From: a virus
IMG/VR virus record: IMGVR_UViG_3300045522_000058
Length of the DNA: 64,000 nucleotides
Direction: 5' to 3' (one strand)
Part shown: positions 9,822-19,675 of the stretch, piece by piece
Numbering within the stretch: position 1 is the stretch's first letter
Layout of the letters: each line of letters starts with the position of its first letter
Position numbers and translations under genes: made by a program
Notes under the pieces: model-generated
The model's input: only the letters and a program-made list of their open reading frames with translations
Told to the model about the DNA's origin: nothing
Database searches by the model: none

Positions 9822-10601
9822 TTATTCATCAATATGGTCGCCTAGTTCTTCAATCAGGTTTGTTAGATCGCGATACTGTGATGGAATGCGTGACATTTCT
9901 TTTCTGGCTTCGGTTTCTACGTGGTCGAACATAGCCATTGTTGGGATCAAATTTGATGATTGTTCCGACTGAATGATGAAATTGCTTGCAAACAGTTTTC
10001 TCTGAAAACTAATGCTTTCGATTATTCCTTCTAAACGTGGGTAATCGAGCGAATATTGAATCTGCAGGTAACTGAAGCGTTTCGACAATGAATTCGGCAA
10101 TTCAGCAGTTTTTGCCTTGAGTGCTTTCAGGCGACTGTCCAAATGTGCTTCGATTTCGACACGATTACGCGTGAACCTTTCCTCTAACCATTCGGCAGCA
10201 TAGCAAATTCCTTTGAGATATTGGCTGGATAGATCGTCAGCCGAAAGTGGCAGGTCTTTTTTTAGCTGAAAACTGTCGTCGTGGAAATTACCAGAAATCA
10301 CGCCAGAGAAGGATAAGAGATCCAGCGCATTCGCGATCATATCGATACGCACCGTATAACTCATTCCACGATTAGGGTTGGGATAATGCAGGCTGACAGG
10401 CATACCGACATCTCCTCCGTGTTGGACGAAGAAGTCGAGGAGTGTCAAATCTCTGAAATTTAGATCATGTGCCTTGAATGCATTCAGGATGATAAGTTGG
10501 CGCTGCATAACTTCGCACATGCCGTTATAGGCATAGCGAAATCCGTCGGTAATACGTTTTTCGAGAGATGGATTTTCGTTTTCCTGTAATGTTTTGGTCA
10601 C
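9822..10601 (-). CDS. ABC-three-component system middle component (MC2)-like protein
   Basis: LDFFVQHGGDVGMPVSLHYPNPNRGMSYTVRIDMIANALDLL..SGVI resembles the D...H.GD..P.SLHP..P.R..Y.VR..I..L.LL..G.I signature I recall for ABC-3C MC2. Confidence 0.55.
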   Translation of the reverse strand: MTKTLQENENPSLEKRITDGFRYAYNGMCEVMQRQLIILNAFKAHDLNFRDLTLLDFFVQHGGDVGMPVSLHYPNPNRGMSYTVRIDMIANALDLLSFSGVISGNFHDDSFQLKKDLPLSADDLSSQYLKGICYAAEWLEERFTRNRVEIEAHLDSRLKALKAKTAELPNSLSKRFSYLQIQYSLDYPRLEGIIESISFQRKLFASNFIIQSEQSSNLIPTMAMFDHVETEARKEMSRIPSQYRDLTNLIEELGDHIDE

Positions 10602-10624
10602 TTGATTTCCTTCGGTTCGTGAAA

Positions 10625-10930
10625 TTATTCATACACAGTTTCAGAATCCTCTTTGCCTGGGAACCAGACGATGGTGTCGGTTTCTTTATGGTAGACATAC
10701 GGTGGTCTCGAATAGCTCCCCCACCAAATGAAGAACCAATAGTGAAGCGCTGTTCGAATAAGCGGAAGTTCTTGCTTGAAACCGCCATGAGGCAAATGTC
10801 TGACGCGGCGAAGAGTGAATACCGCACATTGATATGCGTCCTTGCCTGCGACCTTCAAGAGCCAGATGGCAGGGACGGTAAGAACTATCCAGAAAATAAC
10901 GCCGCTCCAGTAAAAGAACGCGCTAAACAT
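10625..10930 (-). CDS. Hypothetical membrane protein
   Basis: Likely start MFSAFFYW at 10930 overlaps the upstream stop; N-terminal TM helix. Confidence 0.55.
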   Translation of the reverse strand: MFSAFFYWSGVIFWIVLTVPAIWLLKVAGKDAYQCAVFTLRRVRHLPHGGFKQELPLIRTALHYWFFIWWGSYSRPPYVYHKETDTIVWFPGKEDSETVYE

Positions 10931-11375
10931 ATTGGCCACTCTTCCCTTCGGTGCTGCTAGCCTTTGAGCGGTGGGCGATGAGATCGTCCAGCTTTCCTGT
11001 TTCTTTTGCCTCGGCCAAAAATGTAAGAGGGATAGCCGTGGCGACAGCGACATGGTTCATTTTCTGGGTGGGTGTGAGTTCATCCCAATCTGCGATGCTG
11101 CCATTGAGAAGGCTCATCATGAAGTTCATTCCATGCAAATTCAGCTTCGTGAGAGCAATAAGCGGAGCCATGTCCGGTCGCGCCAGAATATCGCGCCAAA
11201 TCTGATCCTTCGGCGGCGGTGGCGTATATTCCCAGACCTTGCCTTCGAAAGGTGCGAAGAAATTATGTTCCTTCCCGTTTACAACGATATCCATGTAATC
11301 GTCCTCGAAATAGGTGATTTTTCCGACGCCATATTTTGTGTTTACAATCTGTCCAGCTGTAAAAATAATCGTCAT
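10923..11375 (-). CDS. Hypothetical protein with SH3/KOW-like N-terminus
   Basis: AGGAGG RBS; FTAGQIVNTKYGVGKI. Confidence 0.7.
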   Translation of the reverse strand: MTIIFTAGQIVNTKYGVGKITYFEDDYMDIVVNGKEHNFFAPFEGKVWEYTPPPPKDQIWRDILARPDMAPLIALTKLNLHGMNFMMSLLNGSIADWDELTPTQKMNHVAVATAIPLTFLAEAKETGKLDDLIAHRSKASSTEGKSGQYV

Positions 11376-11557
11376 AGAGACCTCCTGATTGGTAATTGAA
11401 TTATATTATTCACCAATTTTTGCAAGCATATTATCGGTTTAATTGATTGGTATTTGCATAAATAGAATACAGGAAATTATTTTCCTTTTCTTTTAATAAA
11501 ATTTTATGCTAATAGGCGGAACGGCCAAAATCCATGGCGAAATAAAGGGGTAATAAA

Positions 11558-11623
11558 ATGAATGTTTTGGAAATCAGATTTGTTATTGTTTTTGCTGGAT
11601 TTATCGGCACGTTTCTAGGCTAA
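11558..11623 (+). CDS. Putative 21-aa hydrophobic micropeptide
   Basis: AAGGGG RBS; MNVLEIRFVIVFAGFIGTFLG then stop. Confidence 0.35.
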   Translation: MNVLEIRFVIVFAGFIGTFLG

Positions 11624-11661
11624 CGAACAGCTCACGTTGGCCACCTAAAAAGGAGTGGATC

Positions 11662-12090
11662 ATGAGCAAGTCAATTTTCGTAGTGATCTTATTCGGAACC
11701 CGTTCAAACAAAAATATCGTTCAGGCAGTTCGTGAAAAGCTGCCGAGCATTCGTAAGTTGGACTTGATTGCGGGCAAAGAAAAAAACGGTGTAATGGTAT
11801 TTGAGGATGCTAGCGACAGCACTTCGCCATCAACGGTTTTCGTGCTGCCAAATGGTGTTACGGACGATTATAAAGATATTTATGACGGGGAGCGCACGAT
11901 CCTGTCATTTTATGGGTGCGAGCCAGACCATCAGATTGTTCAGGTTCTCACCGAAAAGTTCGGCGGAATTTATGAGGTTAAAGATAAAAACGACTGGATG
12001 GTCGTTGAAAGGCATAAGTCGTTGGATGAATTGCCTACCCTCGCCTGCCTGACTTTGTCTGAGGAATACCAAATGCAGATGGCAGGATAA
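11662..12090 (+). CDS. Hypothetical protein
   Basis: AGGAG RBS; 142 aa. Confidence 0.7.
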   Translation: MSKSIFVVILFGTRSNKNIVQAVREKLPSIRKLDLIAGKEKNGVMVFEDASDSTSPSTVFVLPNGVTDDYKDIYDGERTILSFYGCEPDHQIVQVLTEKFGGIYEVKDKNDWMVVERHKSLDELPTLACLTLSEEYQMQMAG

Positions 12091-12108
12091 TCGTGTGAAT
12101 GAATATTG

Positions 12109-12138
12109 AATTCAGGGGGCGATTTTACCCCCTGAATT
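12109..12138 (+). terminator. Intrinsic terminator
   Basis: AATTCAGGGGG / CCCCCTGAATT stem after the gene. Confidence 0.65.
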
Positions 12139-12253
12139 ATTTCATGTATAAGTAATTTAATATTTGACGAAGTTCTATATACATGTTCTATCTAGAGACA
12201 GTAGTTAGCTAAGCTGACCAATGCCACCGTCCATATATTAGGAGTCTGGATAA

Positions 12254-13333
12254 ATGAAGTTAGCTATTTTGGCTGAAAAGCCTTTTACACTTCAAAAAAT
12301 TGAACCAATTTTTCGTGAAATTTATTCTGAAGATGTGCTTTACAGCACATTTGTTTGTTATCCGATGATGGCTTGGTATTCGGGTAGTAACAATCGGTAT
12401 ATGTTCCCGAGAGGCATTAAATGGAGTGATTATCCATTCGTCGGCGATCCGCAGTTTCGAAAACTGGATTTTATGAAGGCGCGCGCACACTGGGGATTTC
12501 CAAGGTTGAAACCTCTAGATGAGATGGAAAAAGGTCTATCCAAGTATGAGTTGAATTTGTTACGTACCGAGTCTCAGGCTGTCTCACGTTTGCGCGAGGT
12601 CGACAAAATAATTCTTTTGATGGATCCTGATGAACAGGGATTTCATCTTGGAGCGCACTTTTTATCAGAAAATTTTGACGTTGTTCCGTGGAATAAAGTA
12701 TCGGTCGTTAAGTTGGCGACTTTCACAGATAGCGAAATGCGGGCGGCTTTGCATTCCGCTTCGGAGCCGAATGGAAAGTTTTTTGAAATGGTTGGTTCCG
12801 TGAAGATGAAACGGTACTTTGATTACAATTATTTGATAAATTCATTTGCCCTGACCGCACATAGGCCGGATGGTTTCGTGCCGTCGAAGTACGGACTACA
12901 GGCATTATATGCTATGCGCAGGTGGGGGCAGTTCTCCCACGGGACTTTCGATGAAAAAATGACGCAATGGGCGGGAACAGGGAAATATACAAACAATATT
13001 CACGGTATGGGAAGTGCCACTTCCAGAGCAGTCATTTTGGAAGCATTGGAAAAGGCTCAATTCGTTGTAGAGTCTAGTTTTTCTCCAAGCTATTATGACG
13101 AGAAAACCGAACGCATGAAGGGAGGTAAGGTTTTGTTGAAATTATCAGATCTCGGTCATCGATATTTAGATAGCCTGCATCCTTCTTGTGAAGATGCCGA
13201 TCTTCCATTTAGATTGGATGCTTGGTCGAAACTGCCTGAAGTGGAGGCCAAAGCCAAGATCGACCGCTATATCCGGACGTTTTTTGGCAAGCAGAAAAAT
13301 CATCTGGATAGATGTCGTTCAAGCCGAGAATAA
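12254..13333 (+). CDS. Reduced type IA topoisomerase-like (TOPRIM) protein
   Basis: ILAEKP and MDPDEQG (TOPRIM E and DxD), RYFDYNYLINS, and GMGSATSRAVILEAL (resembling topo IA GIGTPATRA). Only 359 aa. Confidence 0.6.
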   Translation: MKLAILAEKPFTLQKIEPIFREIYSEDVLYSTFVCYPMMAWYSGSNNRYMFPRGIKWSDYPFVGDPQFRKLDFMKARAHWGFPRLKPLDEMEKGLSKYELNLLRTESQAVSRLREVDKIILLMDPDEQGFHLGAHFLSENFDVVPWNKVSVVKLATFTDSEMRAALHSASEPNGKFFEMVGSVKMKRYFDYNYLINSFALTAHRPDGFVPSKYGLQALYAMRRWGQFSHGTFDEKMTQWAGTGKYTNNIHGMGSATSRAVILEALEKAQFVVESSFSPSYYDEKTERMKGGKVLLKLSDLGHRYLDSLHPSCEDADLPFRLDAWSKLPEVEAKAKIDRYIRTFFGKQKNHLDRCRSSRE

Positions 13334-13342
13334 TCGTCTGGA

Positions 13343-13672
13343 TTAGCTCGACGATTTTCCGAGAAAACGTGCTGCAGATGGGTCCAATACAACCTCATCG
13401 TCACTCGTTTCAAACATAAGGTTGCCAGCTTCATCGGTTACCGTGATCGTAAAATCATCGAGCTCACTAATGCCGATCTTCCCATGAAAAGTGTCCAGAA
13501 TAGTCGTCACTACTGCGGATTCTGGATAATCCAAAGGCAACGCAATCAAATAAGTGCCTGGAACGTCTTCATCTTCCAGATCGGATGGATTGCCCGATAC
13601 TCCGACCTTATAGATAGCTTCCGTAGTCAATTTCATTTCCTCCAGATTGTTTGACTGGCACAGTTTTACCAA
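13343..13672 (-). CDS. Hypothetical acidic protein
   Basis: ORF convergent with the topo-like gene; LDTFHGKIGISELDDF. Confidence 0.6.
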   Translation of the reverse strand: MVKLCQSNNLEEMKLTTEAIYKVGVSGNPSDLEDEDVPGTYLIALPLDYPESAVVTTILDTFHGKIGISELDDFTITVTDEAGNLMFETSDDEVVLDPSAARFLGKSSS

Positions 13673-14016
13673 AAACTAAGCTGATATGCGAGTTTAAAGT
13701 GGTCGAGGATGCATGGGAAATGAGCTTAATAAAGCCAAGTCGATTTCTGTTATATGTATCATTTGCAATATTCGGTTGGAAGATTGATTGAACACTGGGA
13801 AATCAGAGCTTGCGTACAATCGAAAAATGAAAAAATCTAATCATAGGCCCTTTCCGTAGCCGTGGCAGTCCCCGCTTTATTTGAAGTGTGCTAAATCTCG
13901 GAAGTCGAACTGAATTTATCTGTGCAATCACTCTCTTTTTTTTTGTAGGCGACGGCACAGGAGATGGGGACGTCCTGATTTGTATGCTGATCGCTCAAGG
14001 TTTGAGAGGATTAAAC

Positions 14017-15153
14017 ATGTCTGAACTTATGATTTCGCGCGCTTTCGTAAAGAAGCTCGCTTCCAATATCCGTGTCACCTACGGCAAAGAGGTGAAACAT
14101 ACCGACGCAATTGAACTCGTTGCGGGCAGCTTAGGTTGGAAGGCCGATGCCTTGATGCATAAGCTGAAGCAGGCCGATACCGCACGATCCGAAAATTGCT
14201 CGGATAAAGAAAAAATTTCAAAAACTCAAAAAGCTAAATCTGGTTTAAAATCAGATAACGGATTTGAGAATTTTGAACTACTTAAGTCATTCTTTTACGC
14301 TGTTGTGAATGATGAACTTGAAGTCGCCAAAGAATATGCATCATTGATATCGGAAAGGAACGCATGGTGCTGTCTGGCGTTGGCATTCTACCATTATGCC
14401 TTGGTAAAGAAGAAATCTGGAGAAGGTTGCAGTGTTAAGGCTGAAAAATGTCTGTTAAAGGCGTTCAGGACAGATCTGGAAACTTTGAAATACGTAGCGC
14501 AAATTGTGAACGTTCCTTTTGACACTAGTTCTGATAGCTCTAAGTTGATCCACATGATTAATCAGCGCGATCATTCCTTTAATTCGACATTACAGGGATG
14601 GTTTATACGTGGGGATTTGATGGCGTGGGCAACAAAGTTCGCCCAAGATTGGGGGTTCCTTGTCAATACCGAAGATGGCGTTGTTATAAATGCTAATGCT
14701 CGTTTTCAGGATAGAAACTTTGAATTGAATGGTGTGAATGCCATTAAGTGGTTCTTGCGAAGTGAGCATTTCTGGGACTATGTGTTGGAAGATTTGGATA
14801 TCAATGATCTAGACAGAATGTTCGCGGAACAACTTTCTATACTGCGATATCCTGTGTTGTCAGCAATCGAGGGTATTAATGGGGAAGAATTTTCCATTGA
14901 TAGAGCTATTGGAACATTCAAACCAGAAATTCTAGTTTCGATTGCTAACCACGAGTATGGAATTACTAGACCTAGCTGTTTGATTAGTACTAATGATAGG
15001 AAGAAAGTAGGGACTGTCCTGAGAGAATATTCAAACGTGAAGATTGTTGATAGCGAAAAGTACGTACTATTGGATGGTTCTAAGCGGAGCGATGATTTAG
15101 ATCGTTTCTACAAGCATATGTTAGCAAAGACAGAAGTACTCTCTATCAGTTAA
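14017..15153 (+). CDS. Protein with N-terminal glyoxalase-superfamily-like small helical domain
   Basis: GAGGA RBS before ATG 14017; KKLA..IR......VKHTDAIELVAGSLGW. Confidence 0.55.
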   Translation: MSELMISRAFVKKLASNIRVTYGKEVKHTDAIELVAGSLGWKADALMHKLKQADTARSENCSDKEKISKTQKAKSGLKSDNGFENFELLKSFFYAVVNDELEVAKEYASLISERNAWCCLALAFYHYALVKKKSGEGCSVKAEKCLLKAFRTDLETLKYVAQIVNVPFDTSSDSSKLIHMINQRDHSFNSTLQGWFIRGDLMAWATKFAQDWGFLVNTEDGVVINANARFQDRNFELNGVNAIKWFLRSEHFWDYVLEDLDINDLDRMFAEQLSILRYPVLSAIEGINGEEFSIDRAIGTFKPEILVSIANHEYGITRPSCLISTNDRKKVGTVLREYSNVKIVDSEKYVLLDGSKRSDDLDRFYKHMLAKTEVLSIS

Positions 15154-15202
15154 AGTTAAAAGGGAGCGAAATGCAGGTGATTTCCCTCGCTCCCTTTTAA
15201 CT
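15154..15202. terminator. Bidirectional terminator-like hairpin
   Basis: 16-bp stem AGTTAAAAGGGAGCGA / TCGCTCCCTTTTAACT between convergent genes. Confidence 0.65.
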
Positions 15203-15259
15203 AATTACAATGTGAAATAACTCAAAAGACGGTTCAATATTCACCATATTCTTTAATTA

Positions 15260-16414
15260 TTAAAATCGCCTCGGCATCGATTGATCTGGAACGGACATGG
15301 GAGCTGGGGTAGCTATTAATGCCGGGCGAATAGCGCTTGCCATAATGCGATTGGAAACCTGTTTCACTGGTGCTAACGCGGCCGCAATTTGCTCTTGAGT
15401 GACTTCTGTCATCGCTGGAGGTTGTGGCGTTACTTTTATGCCTTTAGCGCGCCTCTTTGACCAATCGGCTACGATGGCAGCTTCTTCAATTCCAGATATT
15501 GATGGCTTCAAAGCGGCAGTTGACGTATCCAGTTCTTTTAAGCTCGAAAAAATAGTGGTTTTGGTACTTTCAGGAGAGGTGTACGCGCTAATTGCCTTGG
15601 TTGGACGTCCGGTTGGGCAAGTTGCGGTAGGCGACAATGGCGTGTCTTTCAAATTGAAGGCATAACGTTTCTCGCAGACGTCGACTTTAGGCGGGGTTCT
15701 AGTCGCTTCGAATGCGTCGTAACCATCTTTGATCATGGTCCAGAAATTGATGTTTGGGTCGTTCTTATAACGCGCCATATTTCGTTCCGTCATGCGGAAA
15801 GGGAATGCCTGAAGCTGAAAGCTTTTTTGCCCTCCACGGAAGGCATCGCGTGCGTAGGCATAAATTTCTTCTATCTGGTCGTCATTCATCGAATAACAGC
15901 CTGCAGACGAGCATGCTCCGTGAACCATAAGATACTGGCCATAACGACCGTTTACGCGGTCGTATGTATTAGGAAAACCGATGTTAAATGCTAGATGGTA
16001 TTGTGAATTTGGATTCATCTGCCCAGGTGAAACACTGTAGAAACCTTCTGGAGCCTGTCTGTCGCCTTCAGCATATTTCGGTCCAAGCTTGCCTGACCAA
16101 ACACATATGTCATAACTCGATGCGAGTTCATACTTTCCGCTGTCTACACGCTTCCAGACTTCTAGAACGCCCTCCTCCTTAAATATACGCATCATAATAG
16201 GTGAAGATTTCTTCATATTCTTGGATTTGAGCACCTCTTCTACCGCTAGTGATTGCTTTAACTCTGGGGTCGATGTGGGAAGTGAACTCTGAACAGTGCA
16301 GCCTGCGGCGGCCAGTAGCGGAATTGCCACCATCCTCTTGAGGAAGTGTGAAACGCGAATAGTGGAGCCGATGCGATTCATATGAAAAAGTCCCGTCAGG
16401 TGCATTATTATCAA
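15260..16414 (-). CDS. Murein L,D-transpeptidase family lipoprotein (YafK/DpaA-like)
   Basis: Lipobox-like LLAAAGC; RIFKEEGVLEVWK, EGDRQAPEGFY, GFPN and MVHGACSSAGCY (YkuD H/C motif). Confidence 0.9.
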   Translation of the reverse strand: MIIMHLTGLFHMNRIGSTIRVSHFLKRMVAIPLLAAAGCTVQSSLPTSTPELKQSLAVEEVLKSKNMKKSSPIMMRIFKEEGVLEVWKRVDSGKYELASSYDICVWSGKLGPKYAEGDRQAPEGFYSVSPGQMNPNSQYHLAFNIGFPNTYDRVNGRYGQYLMVHGACSSAGCYSMNDDQIEEIYAYARDAFRGGQKSFQLQAFPFRMTERNMARYKNDPNINFWTMIKDGYDAFEATRTPPKVDVCEKRYAFNLKDTPLSPTATCPTGRPTKAISAYTSPESTKTTIFSSLKELDTSTAALKPSISGIEEAAIVADWSKRRAKGIKVTPQPPAMTEVTQEQIAAALAPVKQVSNRIMASAIRPALIATPAPMSVPDQSMPRRF

Positions 16415-16593
16415 TTATTTTGGGATAAAATTTAATATGCGTAAAGAGAATGTGTCCTATTTTTACATGTTGGCAATTTTTAATCTGACTATATTGACGG
16501 TTGGATTTAATTTAAATAATAAATAGGCGAAAAATTAACTGCATAGACGGCTATATTTTGCCAATCTTTGGCATGTGAGACACGGAGTATCTT

Positions 16594-17124
16594 ATGGATA
16601 ATGAAAAATATTACGACGTCGATATTCAAAGGAAAATTCGAGAGCAAGCCAAGACGCTACTTTTGTGGAAACGTATGATGGATTGGACTTTTGTGGCTAC
16701 ATGGATCTTTTTACCGTGCATTTTGATTTTTGTGCCGTTTGGTTGGAACCTTGTGTTGTTTGGAGCATACTTGATCCCAAATATTGCGGTGGTCTATATC
16801 CTGGACCGTCGAATTACCTCTCCCGCTTTTGTCGGTTCGGCTAGCTATTTGCGGTTGAAAAAAGAATGGCTCAAAGCTCGTGTGCGTTTCGAGCTGAAAG
16901 ACGGACGGAGTGGCGTAGGCGTCGTCGACGAAATTCGTTCTGATGGTGTTAATGCGATGTTGTTGGTAGCATCTGAAATCGAGGGAGAACAGTTAGTTTT
17001 TCCATCAGAAGTATCTAGAGTAGAAAAAGTTTTTATTCGTTATGTCCTTCCTTTCTGTTTCATTTTGATGGCTGTCGTCGTCGCAATCGCACTTGTAGCA
17101 ATTCGGGGAGCAATGACGCGATAG
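16594..17124 (+). CDS. Hypothetical membrane protein
   Basis: GGAG RBS; three hydrophobic segments. Confidence 0.7.
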   Translation: MDNEKYYDVDIQRKIREQAKTLLLWKRMMDWTFVATWIFLPCILIFVPFGWNLVLFGAYLIPNIAVVYILDRRITSPAFVGSASYLRLKKEWLKARVRFELKDGRSGVGVVDEIRSDGVNAMLLVASEIEGEQLVFPSEVSRVEKVFIRYVLPFCFILMAVVVAIALVAIRGAMTR

Positions 17125-17165
17125 CCAGACTTGGCGTCATCGCCAAATTTGGCTATAGAGAGCGG

Positions 17166-18515
17166 ATGAAAAAGAATCCGCTCGAAAGCCTCTTGGAAAT
17201 CTCACCTGATGGCATGAACCGCGCGCAGCGCAGGAACGCCAAGAAGTTTATTCAGGAAGAGATCAAACGTCTCACGAATGTTACCAATGCTGACATGATG
17301 GGCGGCGCTGGATACCCGATTGACCAGCAAGTGCGATCTCTTCTTAAAGCATGCAATGAAGAGATGATTGAGGGTGCAAACATCCCATTCGTTAACATAT
17401 GGGATGTGTTTTCTGGTTTTGTGAAGCGAGATAAAGGGCCTGTTGTCGATATCTTGCGCATGAAAACTGAAAAAGATCATGCTTTCAGTGCTTTGGATTT
17501 CTTTCATTTCGTTACAGAAGAAGGTTTGCAAGAGCAGACGCTCCCTCGCCTGCGCGAGATTACAGAGGGTGTGATCCACAATTTCACTGCAATGGGTGAC
17601 TTGAAGGATGTGGCTTTCGAACAAGAAGGTAGCGATCCCGTCGTTATGAGCGGGATTTCAATGGTTCGTGTCGGTGATCACCTGTACTGGATCGTTTTAG
17701 GCGGCCCTGTAATAGATCTCGCCGAAGCCACCGCCGCCCGTCGCGCTGACTTGGCAGCGAATGAAGCTCAAATAAGAGCCGCAAATCCAAACGCTTCAGA
17801 AGAACGTATTCTTGATACACTTTCTCCGACCGCTGTTCCGATGCCGGGAACGGATGATGTCTGGCTGTCTTTTACGATGGGTTTGTTCAATCTCAAGACG
17901 GCAAGGCATGAAATAAGGATCATCGCTCGTGATTGGGGCGTAACCCTTGCAGTCTTTAGCGACCAGTTTGAAGCCAAACTTGCGGACGCATACGATACAA
18001 ACCCTCAGGCAAAGCGTTTGGTCGACAAGTCAGTGGCGCATTTGGAAGCGTCCAGCCTGTATTTTGACCTCGCAGAGACCGCATTCAGCTTGCCAGCCTA
18101 TTTTTCGACGAAGGTTAGCCTTGTTGCAGAACGAGAAGTCAAAACTGCACTGAGCGGAGACAGTGTCAAAGCGAAACATGCTTTGAAGGCTCCTCAGGAT
18201 ATGCGGGTTCTGACCAGGAGGGTCTCGACGCTTGATTTTAGCTACGCTGGCGACAAGTTTGACCATACCTATGCTCCTCCAAGGTTCAGAGTTGAGGTAG
18301 ACGGCTATTGGAGGCGACTGCCATCTGAATCGAATGGTCGCGATGCAGACGGAAACCTTGTTCGGGGACGGACATGGGTTCGTGGGCATGCTCGTTGGAA
18401 AGACAAGCCGCCAAAACTTGGTGTGGTGCATGTGAAAACGCCGATCAGAAAGGCTCTGGAAAGAGCTGAGGCGCGCGCAGAAAAGACTGGCGGAGATGTG
18501 AGCATTCGTTACTGA
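17166..18515 (+). CDS. Hypothetical protein
   Basis: 449 aa; basic C-terminal VDGYWRR...GRTWVRGHARW segment. Confidence 0.75.
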   Translation: MKKNPLESLLEISPDGMNRAQRRNAKKFIQEEIKRLTNVTNADMMGGAGYPIDQQVRSLLKACNEEMIEGANIPFVNIWDVFSGFVKRDKGPVVDILRMKTEKDHAFSALDFFHFVTEEGLQEQTLPRLREITEGVIHNFTAMGDLKDVAFEQEGSDPVVMSGISMVRVGDHLYWIVLGGPVIDLAEATAARRADLAANEAQIRAANPNASEERILDTLSPTAVPMPGTDDVWLSFTMGLFNLKTARHEIRIIARDWGVTLAVFSDQFEAKLADAYDTNPQAKRLVDKSVAHLEASSLYFDLAETAFSLPAYFSTKVSLVAEREVKTALSGDSVKAKHALKAPQDMRVLTRRVSTLDFSYAGDKFDHTYAPPRFRVEVDGYWRRLPSESNGRDADGNLVRGRTWVRGHARWKDKPPKLGVVHVKTPIRKALERAEARAEKTGGDVSIRY

Positions 18516-18579
18516 ACTTTGTCATATTCACTAAAGCGATGCAGCATGGGATATTGTTGCAGGAATTAGGAAATTATCG

Positions 18580-19074
18580 ATGTCTCTCATACAGCGTTAC
18601 CAAGCTATTATCTCAAATGCGGAAATTTCGCGGGATGGGGTCGGGCCAATTGGACACATTTCGATTGAGGATTGGCTAAAACTGGATGAACTAAAGGGAG
18701 TAATCGCGTTCACTCCGGATAATTCTGTCTATAAAGGCACCAACTATCCGGTTGCGGATGAAGAAGGCTGGCAGGAGTGGTGGGTTGAAACGAATGATGG
18801 TGCTGCGGTCGCAAGAGTGATCCATCAGAAGGATGCGGGCGGATTTTTTGTTTCAGTAGAATTTAAAGATGAACCATACTGGAACCATTTTGATCCTCAT
18901 GAATCCAGTGAAGAACAGGCTTTTGCTGTGCTCCGCATGTTGCCATCGGATGCAGTCGCACAGATTAAAACGGCACTAAAGAGCGACAGTGCGTTGGATG
19001 ACGATGCCTATCTTAGTCTCACCGCGTGGTTAGACACTGGTATCGAGAATTCTGACGTTGCATTAACAAGGTAG
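18580..19074 (+). CDS. Hypothetical protein
   Basis: AGGA RBS; 164 aa. Confidence 0.7.
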   Translation: MSLIQRYQAIISNAEISRDGVGPIGHISIEDWLKLDELKGVIAFTPDNSVYKGTNYPVADEEGWQEWWVETNDGAAVARVIHQKDAGGFFVSVEFKDEPYWNHFDPHESSEEQAFAVLRMLPSDAVAQIKTALKSDSALDDDAYLSLTAWLDTGIENSDVALTR

Positions 19075-19117
19075 AAATCGCCAAGTCCTGAGCGCATTAC
19101 AAGATTTCCAGGGGGTC

Positions 19118-19675
19118 TTAAGCGGGTTTGTTATGATGCTGTGTCCTGGCAAGCATTCTCGCTAATCCATCGCCTGTGCCGAGGGCACAGGACAAGTTTC
19201 TAACATAACCAGAAGCCGCCTCCCCGATGGCATATAACTGATGCTGCTCAGAGGAATAGTTATCGTCAATGATGATGCGATTTTCTCTATCGAAGGTGAG
19301 TTCAGGGCAACCTGTGAAGTCAATTCCATCTTCTCGTTTAGGCGTGCCTGTAGCGATTATTACATGAGTAGCTTTGATGATGTAATTCGGATACTCAACA
19401 ATAAAACCACGTTTGCTTTCATTTTCAGTTACGGCAGTGACGTTCACTATCAGGTTCTGAATTTTCTTTTCTCTAAATTCTTTGATATTGGCCCGAGCTA
19501 TATCGACGAATGGGCGTTGATTTTCGTCAAAGATTGGAATTTGCGCCATTGGACAGTCAGGTAACGGCCGCGATAAAACGCAGACATTTAGTCCCCATCG
19601 ATGAAGTGTGAGTGCGGCTTGAATGCCTGCTGGGCCTCCGCCGATTACTACAAATTTATTTTCCAATTTATACAT
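19118..19675 (-). CDS. FAD-binding protein, thioredoxin-reductase-like, lacking the NADPH domain
   Basis: VIGGGPAG, VIIATG and LYAIGEA motifs; the NAD(P)H domain normally between them is absent. Confidence 0.7.
   Translation of the reverse strand: MYKLENKFVVIGGGPAGIQAALTLHRWGLNVCVLSRPLPDCPMAQIPIFDENQRPFVDIARANIKEFREKKIQNLIVNVTAVTENESKRGFIVEYPNYIIKATHVIIATGTPKREDGIDFTGCPELTFDRENRIIIDDNYSSEQHQLYAIGEAASGYVRNLSCALGTGDGLARMLARTQHHNKPA

Noticed and set aside
12172-12188. Alphaproteobacterial LexA box upstream of the topo-like gene
   Set aside because: The repeat is GTTC-N9-GTTC; the established box is GTTC-N7-GTTC.
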